Source: Macrostomum hystrix (lineage: Eukaryota; Animalia; Platyhelminthes). Taken from it: 64,000 nucleotides of DNA. Below the pieces are notes generated by a model. The model searched no databases and had not been told where the DNA came from. It saw nothing but the letters and a program-made list of their open reading frames with translations. Position 1 is the first letter of the stretch. Every line of letters begins with the position of its first letter. The stretch is from contig CATNEN010000002.1 in assembly GCA_950097015.1 (NCBI GenBank), positions 2,356,001-2,420,000 on the forward strand. The letters run 5' to 3'. Position numbers and translations under genes: made by a program. Below, piece after piece: positions 57,113-64,000 of the stretch.

Positions 57113-60100
57113 GTCACTGCCGTGACTTCACTTGTTTCCTCCTGCTTCACCGGATCGTCTAGAATCGTCACTGACCGTGGAGCATTGTCCTCTTTCTCAA
57201 CTTCATCTTCGGACTGCCCCGAGCTGGACTCGGGCTGATCTTCAACCGCTTCATTCTCCCCATCCTCATCCGCCCAGGTGTCCCACCTGGCTGCTACATG
57301 AAGGTAGGACTCCTCGTCGGCGACTGAGGATGCGACTGCCTCGCCTGCCGGTGTCGGCGTCGGGATTATCGGCAGTCGCCGACGGAGGCGAAAGGGCTGT
57401 TTTAGGGTGGGAAAATTTTTTCCATTATTGTTGCCTCATCTGTTAACTCTCACTGTCTCACCTGTTAACTCTCACTGTCTCACCTGTTAACTCTCACTGT
57501 CTCACCTGTTAACTCTCACTGTCTCACCTGTTAACTCTCACTGTCTCACCTGTTAACTCTCACTGTCTCACCTGTTAACTCTCACTGTCTCACCTGTTAA
57601 CTCTCACTGTCTCACCTGTTAACTCTTACTGTCTCATCTGTTAACTCTCACTGTCTCACCTGTTAACTCTCACTGTCTCATCTGTTAACTCTCACTGTCT
57701 CACCTGTTAACTCTCACTGTCTCACCTGTTAACTCTCACTGTCTCACCTGTTAACTCTCACTGTCTCACCTATTAACTCTCACTGTCTCACCTGTTAACT
57801 CTCACTGTCTCACCTATTAACTCTCACTGTCTCACCTGTTAACTCCCACTGTCTCACCTGTTAACTCCCACTGTCTCACCTGTTAACTCCCACTGTTTCA
57901 CCCGTTAACTTTCACTGCTTGGCTGGTAACTCTCCACTGTCCAGTAACTCCCAGTATCTCACCTGCTAACTCACCTGGTGACTCCATTTTACCAGAAGTA
58001 AAGACAGTTTCAACAGTATATTCCCGTTTTGAGCAATTCCAAGAGAGTTCTACACAAATACCTGTCGGCCTACCACGGATTCCGTTATCCGAGAGTAAAT
58101 ATTTGTTTAAGTCGTTGATTTTTGCGGTTGTCCGGATTTATAATTACGCGACTGTACGGCTCTGCTCCAACCGTAGCTCATACTCATTATACTCATAAAG
58201 TGTACGCAATTGATGGTAGTTGTCAAACACTCAATCAATTCACCTTTTTAAATGGCTTAGAAATTTGATCATTCTGTGTGGGTTCCGGTGGCTCAAACAA
58301 TTGGCGAATTACCGAATTCGGAATGTGACCTGATTTCATTGGATGGTGAAGAAAGGTGGAAAAATTAAATGCTGTACAAAGCTACGAGTATTGTACAAAT
58401 TAAATGCAGAACGTTGCAATGACTAGTGAACAAAATGCCGTACATAGCTATGACTAGTGTACAAAATGCCGTACATAGCTATGACTAGTGTACAAAATGC
58501 TGTACATAGCTATGACTAGTGTACAAAATGCCGTACATAGCTATGACTAGTGTACAAAATGCTGTACATAGCTATGACTAGTGTACAAAATGCCGTACAT
58601 AGCTATGACTAGTGTACAAAATGCCGTACATAGCTATGACTAGTGTACAAAATGCTGTACATAGCTATGACTAGTGTACAAAATGCCGTACATAGCTATG
58701 ACTAGTGTACAAAATGCTGTACATAGCTATGACTAGTGTACAAAATGCTGTACATAGCTATGACTAGTGTACAAAATGCCGTACATAGCTATGACTAGTG
58801 TACAAAATGCCGTACATAGCTATGACTAGTGTACAAAATGCCGTACATAGCTATGACTAGTGTACAAAATGCCGTACATAGCTATGACTAGTGTACAAAA
58901 TGCCGTACATAGCTATGACTAGTGTACAAAATGCTGTACATAGCTATGACTAGTGTACAAAATGCCGTACATAGCTATGACTAGTGTACAAAATGCCGTA
59001 CATAGCTATGACTAGTGTACAAAATGCCGTACATAGCTATGACTAGTGTACAAAATGCCGTACATAGCTATGACTAGTGTACAAAATGCTGTACATAGCT
59101 ATGACTAGTGTACAAAATGCCGTACATAGCTATGACTAGTGTACAAAATGCCGTACATAGCTATGACTAGTGTACAAAATGCCGTACATAGCTATGACTA
59201 GTGTACAAAATGCTGTACATAGCTATGACTAGTGTACAAAATGCCGTACATAGCTATGACTAGTGTACAAAATGCCGTACATAGCTATGACTAGTGTACA
59301 AAATGCCGTACATAGCTATGACTAGTGTACAAAATGCCGTACATAGCTATGACTAGTGTACAAAATGCCGTACATAGCTATGACTAGTGTACAAAATGCT
59401 GTACATAGCTATGACTAGTGTACAAAATGCCGTACATAGCTATGACTAGTGTACAAAATGCCGTACATAGCTATGACTAGTGTACAAAATGGCGTACATA
59501 GCTATGACTAGTGTAAAAAATGCTGTACATAGCTATGACTAGTGTACAAAATGCCTTACATAGCTATGACTAGTGTACAAAATGCCGTACATAGCTATGA
59601 CTAGTGTACAAAATGCCGTACAAAGCAATGACTAGTGTACAAAATGCCGTACATAGCTATGACTAGTGTACAAAATGCTGTACATAGCTATGACTAGTGT
59701 ACAAAATGCCGTACAAAGCCATGACTAGTGTACAAAATGCCGTCCATAGCTATGACTAGTGTACAAAATGCTGTACATAGCTATGACTAGTGTACAAAAT
59801 GCTGTACATAGAAATGACTAGTGTACAAAATGCCGTACATAGAAATGACTAGTGTACAAAATGCTGTACATAGCTATGACTAGTGTACAAAATGCCGTAC
59901 ATAGCAATGACTAGTGTACAAAATGCCGCACATAGCAATGACTAGTGTACAAAATGCCGTACATAGCTATGACTAGTGTACAAAATGCCGCACATAGCAA
60001 TGACTAGTGTACAAAATGCCGTACATAGAAATGACTAGTGTACAAAATGCTGTACATAGCTATGACTAGTGTACAAAATGCCGCACATAGCTATGAATTT

Positions 60101-60335
60101 GTGCAGAATGATGTGCTTGGCTATGAATATCGTACACAGAATGTTACCGGACTTGCTCAGTGTCCTGTGTACTGCAATTAACTATGACCAATCTGTGCAA
60201 CTACTCAGAAACTGTCAGGCACCTCAATGACTGACTGACTGGTCAACGTGTTCTCACTCACCATCCGGTGCAATGGGGTATCGCCTGCTGGATCGCCCAG
60301 CCCTAGCCAAGTCCAGCATCCAGCAGCGACTGTCC
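52358..60335 (-). CDS. Large multi-exon low-complexity (acidic, Pro/Gln-rich) protein of unknown function; approximate coding blocks 60240-60335, 56930-57390, 55848-56890, 55420-55642, 54909-55381, 54090-54175, 53820-53960, 52358-52740
   Basis: GC-rich open blocks bounded by GT/AG. Junctions 55848/55642 (phase 2) and 55420/55381 (phase 0) verified in frame; other junctions not resolved. No recognisable domain. Confidence 0.55.
52900..53770. repeat. 20-bp minisatellite (GATTGGGAGCGGTTGAGGTC)
   Basis: Imperfect tandem repetition. Confidence 0.92.
54345..54600 (-). mobile_element. SINE family 1, diverged copy
   Basis: The reverse complement contains the family tail and the B-box region (GATTCGAGCTCAGGGACCTT on +). 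Confidence 0.7.
54650..54880. repeat. 11-bp minisatellite (TGTGTCTATCA)
   Basis: Tandem repetition. Confidence 0.93.
57435..57910. repeat. 22-bp minisatellite (CACCTGTTAACTCTCACTGTCT)
   Basis: Tandem repetition. Confidence 0.95.
58410..60095. repeat. 31-bp minisatellite (ATGACTAGTGTACAAAATGCCGTACATAGCT), about 54 units
   Basis: Highly homogeneous tandem repetition. Confidence 0.97.
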
Positions 60336-61074
60336 TTGGCAGGTCGGCCCGGTGGAAATCCCGTGAACAGCTCATTCACCTGCATGACTGACAGCTCGGG
60401 TGCTGTTCTGGTGTGGACGGAATTCGTCTTTTTTAGTTGATCGATTAGAAATTGGCGAAACCCCGCTTGACTGACTCCACTGGAGAAGTTTTGTTAGACA
60501 GTTTGATTGCAGAAATTTAGTCTGCATACCCGATTAGTTCAGCCCTCTTATCAGCAGCCGATCTCCTCGCCCACCGCCTGTTGCAATGCGGCCATTAGCT
60601 GAATCTGGTTTCCAGTGGCAACAGAAAGCAGCGATTATTTTATCTTGGTTTGTTATCAGAGTTTGTGCGGACAACTTGGGCGAGAGAGGCGGTGAGGGGC
60701 AGACAAGGTGAGAGAACAGCTGAGAGTTTCAACTCCGTTCAACAAGCCACTCAAATTCGAACAAAAAGTTCTCAACACCGTTTAGAGTTTCGCGATAAGC
60801 GATAAGAGTTACAAATAGCTATAATAGTAACAATAATTTTTCGTTAATATCAGCCAAGACTGGTGAAATTATGTGGCTAGATACTTGTTCTTGTTTTTAA
60901 GGACTTCCCATATTTTTTAACGACTTCAGAACCTTATAGGTGAAGCCAGTGAGCTGGACTATCTCCATTGCACATAAAGTTCGTTAAATTATTAAGTCAG
61001 TTAAAATATGTAGTCTGTTAATGTATAAAATCCGTTAAGAGATTAAGTGCGTTGATAAATATTGTACGCAAAAA

Positions 61075-61390
61075 TACGTTACTTTATTAAGTCCGTTAGT
61101 ATGTAAAGTCCGTTACTTTATTATGTCCCTTAGAATGTAAAGTCCGTTACTTTATTATGTCCGTTAGTATGGAAAGTCCGTTACTTTATTATGTCCGTTA
61201 GTATGTAAGGTCCGTTACTTCATTATGTCCGTTAGTATGTAAAGTCCGTTACTTTATTGTGTCCGTTAGTATGTAAAGTCCGTTACTTTACTATGTCCGT
61301 TAGTATGTAAAGTCCGTTACTTTATTATGTTCGTTAGTTTGTTAAGTCCGTTACTTTACTATGTCCGTTAGTATGTAAAGTCCGTTAATA
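61075..61390. repeat. 34-bp minisatellite (GTCCGTTAGTATGTAAAGTCCGTTACTTTATTAT), a dimer of 17-mers
   Basis: Tandem repetition. Confidence 0.9.
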
Positions 61391-61924
61391 CATGCAATGT
61401 CGAGTGCATGCTACTAAACAAATTTACATTAAAAATATACAGTGACTACTGATAAGTAGTCGGCTTGCAAGGAAAGCAAATCGGCTTCAAAAGCGTATCA
61501 GCTAATAGTACACAGACCAGCAACCCAGCCTTCATACAGCTTAGCAATTCATTAGAAACTTAGAGCTTAGCAGAATGACTAAACCACTTAAAAAGTTGGT
61601 TACATTGTGAGTGCGTGGTCTGCGCACCCACCCACTCGTACTGAGGTTAACATGCTGGCTAAATTATGCCTATCAAATTTCATATGCATTTTCGTGTTTA
61701 AATTGGCACTGAAGTGCTATGTGGTTAACCAGTGCTGCTCTGCCCGCAGATCAGTGAGCATACTCTCCAGTATCTGCAATTTAGTTCAGGCATGTTCACC
61801 AAAATGATTGACAGGAGGTTGAGAATGCGCGGGCTAACGAATTCTTGCTAGACAGCTAATATACGGAACAGAAGTGAGTTAATTGGTAGTCTGAGGAAAA
61901 TTGAAAACTTAGTCGCGTGCAAAT

Positions 61925-62375
61925 AGAGGAGGAAAAGAGAGGGGAGATAAAGGGAGATGAAGGGAGACGAAGAGAGATAAAGGGAGATGAAGGGAGACGA
62001 AGGGAGATGAAGGGAGACGAAGAGAGATGAAGGGAGATGAAAGGAGTTTAAGGAAAATGAAGGAAGATGAAGGGAGATGAAGGGAGATAAATGGAGATGA
62101 AGGAAAATGAAGGAAGATGAATGAGATAATGGGAGATAAAGAAAGATGATAGAAGGAGATGAAGGGAGATAATGGGAAATGAAGAGAAATAAAGGGAGAT
62201 AGAGGGAGAGGAAGGGAGACAAAGGGAGATGAAGGGAGATGAAGGGAGATGAAGGGAGATGAATAAGAATGAAGGGAGCGAAGAGAGATGAAGAGAGATG
62301 AAGGGAGATGAAGGGAGATGAAGGGAGATGAAGGGAGATGAAGGGAGATGATGGGAGAAAAAGGAGATTAGGGAG
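61925..62375. repeat. 10-bp purine repeat (GAAGGGAGAT)
   Basis: Tandem repetition. Confidence 0.9.
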
Positions 62376-62949
62376 CTATTTGAAAATATTGATGAAAAAC
62401 AAGCAGAAAAGCATTGTCTATTCAGGAAAAATAGTAAAATATTTGCAGCAAAGCTAGTTCCAAGTGATATTCGCAGAGATGGAACTGAATCAAGTTGCAG
62501 CTCTGCAGCAGCTCGGTCAGTGGCATGTTACTGATACTGTGCTCTCAGTCAAAGCCCAGGAGATATGAAATATTCGAATCGAATTTGTGATTGATGCTGC
62601 TTAGATGAAACTGACAGCGGCCCAGTTCGCTAGCTTCAAATAGCTGGCGTGATTTCACTTTTCGCGGATTTTATCTAGCCGACCTGCAGCTGCATCCCTC
62701 CAATTCCGCTCTATAGGCCCAGCTTTCAATTTATAAGCCGTGACGCAATCGTGCGACCGGTGTTACGCAATCAAGTAAATTATCAACTGAAATTTACAAA
62801 AAATTGAAGGTGTTTGCTACACGGAATTTCTATACATTTTGTGTATCCAATTCTGATTGCTTCAATTGAAAGTCTGATATGAAGATAGTGATTCAGAAAG
62901 TGCGGGATTTAGTTTTCTTTGTCGGATGTTTGAAGGATTTAAATTCGCG

Positions 62950-63480
62950 ATTCGGAATGTGGGTTTCAATTTTGGATGTAGGATTCCAATTTTGGATGTG
63001 GGATTTTTTTTTGGGGTGTGGGATTTCGATGTTGGATGTGGATTTCGATGCTGGATGTGGGATTTCGATTTTGAATGTGGGATTTCGATTTTGGATGTGG
63101 GATTTCGATTCGGGATGTAGGATTTTTTATTCGGGATGTGGGATTTCGATTTGGGATGTAGGATTTTTTATTCGGGATGTGGGATTTCGATTTGGGATGT
63201 AGGATTTTTTATTCGGGATGTGGGATTTCGATTTGGGATATGGGATTTCGATTTTGGATGTGGGATTTTTTATTCGGGATGTAGGATTTTTTATTCGGGA
63301 TGTGGGATTTCAATTCGGGATGTGGGATTTCGATTCGGGATGTAGGATTTTTTATTCGGGATGTGGGATTTCGATTTGGGATGTGGGATTTCGATTTGGG
63401 ATGTGGGCTTTTTTATTCGGGATGTGGGATTTCGATTCGGCATGTGGGATTTCATTTCAAGATATGAGATTTCGATTTGG
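62950..63480. repeat. 20/21-bp minisatellite (GGGATTTCGATTTGGGATGT)
   Basis: Tandem repetition; explains ORFs 62879-63586. Confidence 0.9.
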
Positions 63481-64000
63481 AATTTTTTTTAGATTCTTTT
63501 TCGATTTTAGATTTAGATTTTTAGATTCTTTTTTTAGATTCTATACGCATTTTTTAGGATGTGCGTATAGCATTTTGATTAATTAGTGCGAATTTTTTTT
63601 CATTTTTTGAAGATCCATCGTAGAATTTATACAGCCGTTAACCTCTAGATCCAAAGGATACTGTGATTGCGGCTTAACTTAGCCATTGACCATGCCAATG
63701 AAAACATGAAATCGCAAATCATAAAAACGGAAACAAGCCTTGTGAAATAACAAAATTGTTCAGATCATCGATTTTGCCAAAACTCAACTTCCGATGCTTT
63801 AGAATGAACCCGACCAGATTAAATTTTATGGGCCACGAATTTCAGGTTTTTTCTGTTCAGCTTTGCGGTAATTTTAGTCAGTATTAAAAAAATTGTTTTT
63901 TTTAAAAAAAAATGTTACACATTGGCATTCGGCAAAGAGCAGAACTCAGAAAAATGATTTATTTATAAAAAATTTGTTAAATTTTTTTACCGCTGAATCA

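Noticed and set aside
58410-60095. 31-bp array as a CRISPR array
   Set aside because: Units are head-to-tail with no unique spacers, there are no cas genes, and the context is eukaryotic. The same applies to the other arrays.

Overview
Repeat-rich eukaryotic (metazoan) genomic DNA with spliceosomal GT-AG introns. The style (GC-rich exons, introns packed with 10-34 bp minisatellites) is consistent with a free-living flatworm such as Macrostomum, but this is inference only. Host genes: a 4-exon selenocysteine glutathione peroxidase (in-frame TGA plus 3' SECIS, missed by the ORF track); a single-pass PPxY membrane protein; a multi-exon secreted Cys-rich protein; an intronless BIR-RING IAP; an intronless 79-aa precursor of a strongly cationic, probably antimicrobial peptide; a frameshifted melatonin-receptor-like GPCR; a decayed ankyrin-like pseudogene; a 2-exon allatostatin-C/somatostatin-like neuropeptide precursor; and a long multi-exon low-complexity protein. 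Mobile DNA: a complete, very young Ty3/Gypsy element (667-bp LTRs that look identical, TACC TSD, gag, -1 frameshifted pol with a Cys-repeat spacer, and an extra non-env ORF3 resembling a nuclear regulator); a complete Tc1 (DD34E) element and a Tc1 remnant; at least 9 copies or fragments of one structured tRNA-derived SINE; and one TSD-flanked copy of a second SINE. About 20 tandem arrays account for most of the long ORFs in the track, which are artefacts. No prokaryotic features or CRISPR arrays. The best novelty candidates are the cationic peptide gene, the Gypsy ORF3, the AstC-like neuropeptide with an upstream AP-1-site array, and an HDV-ribozyme-like motif in the SINE tail.
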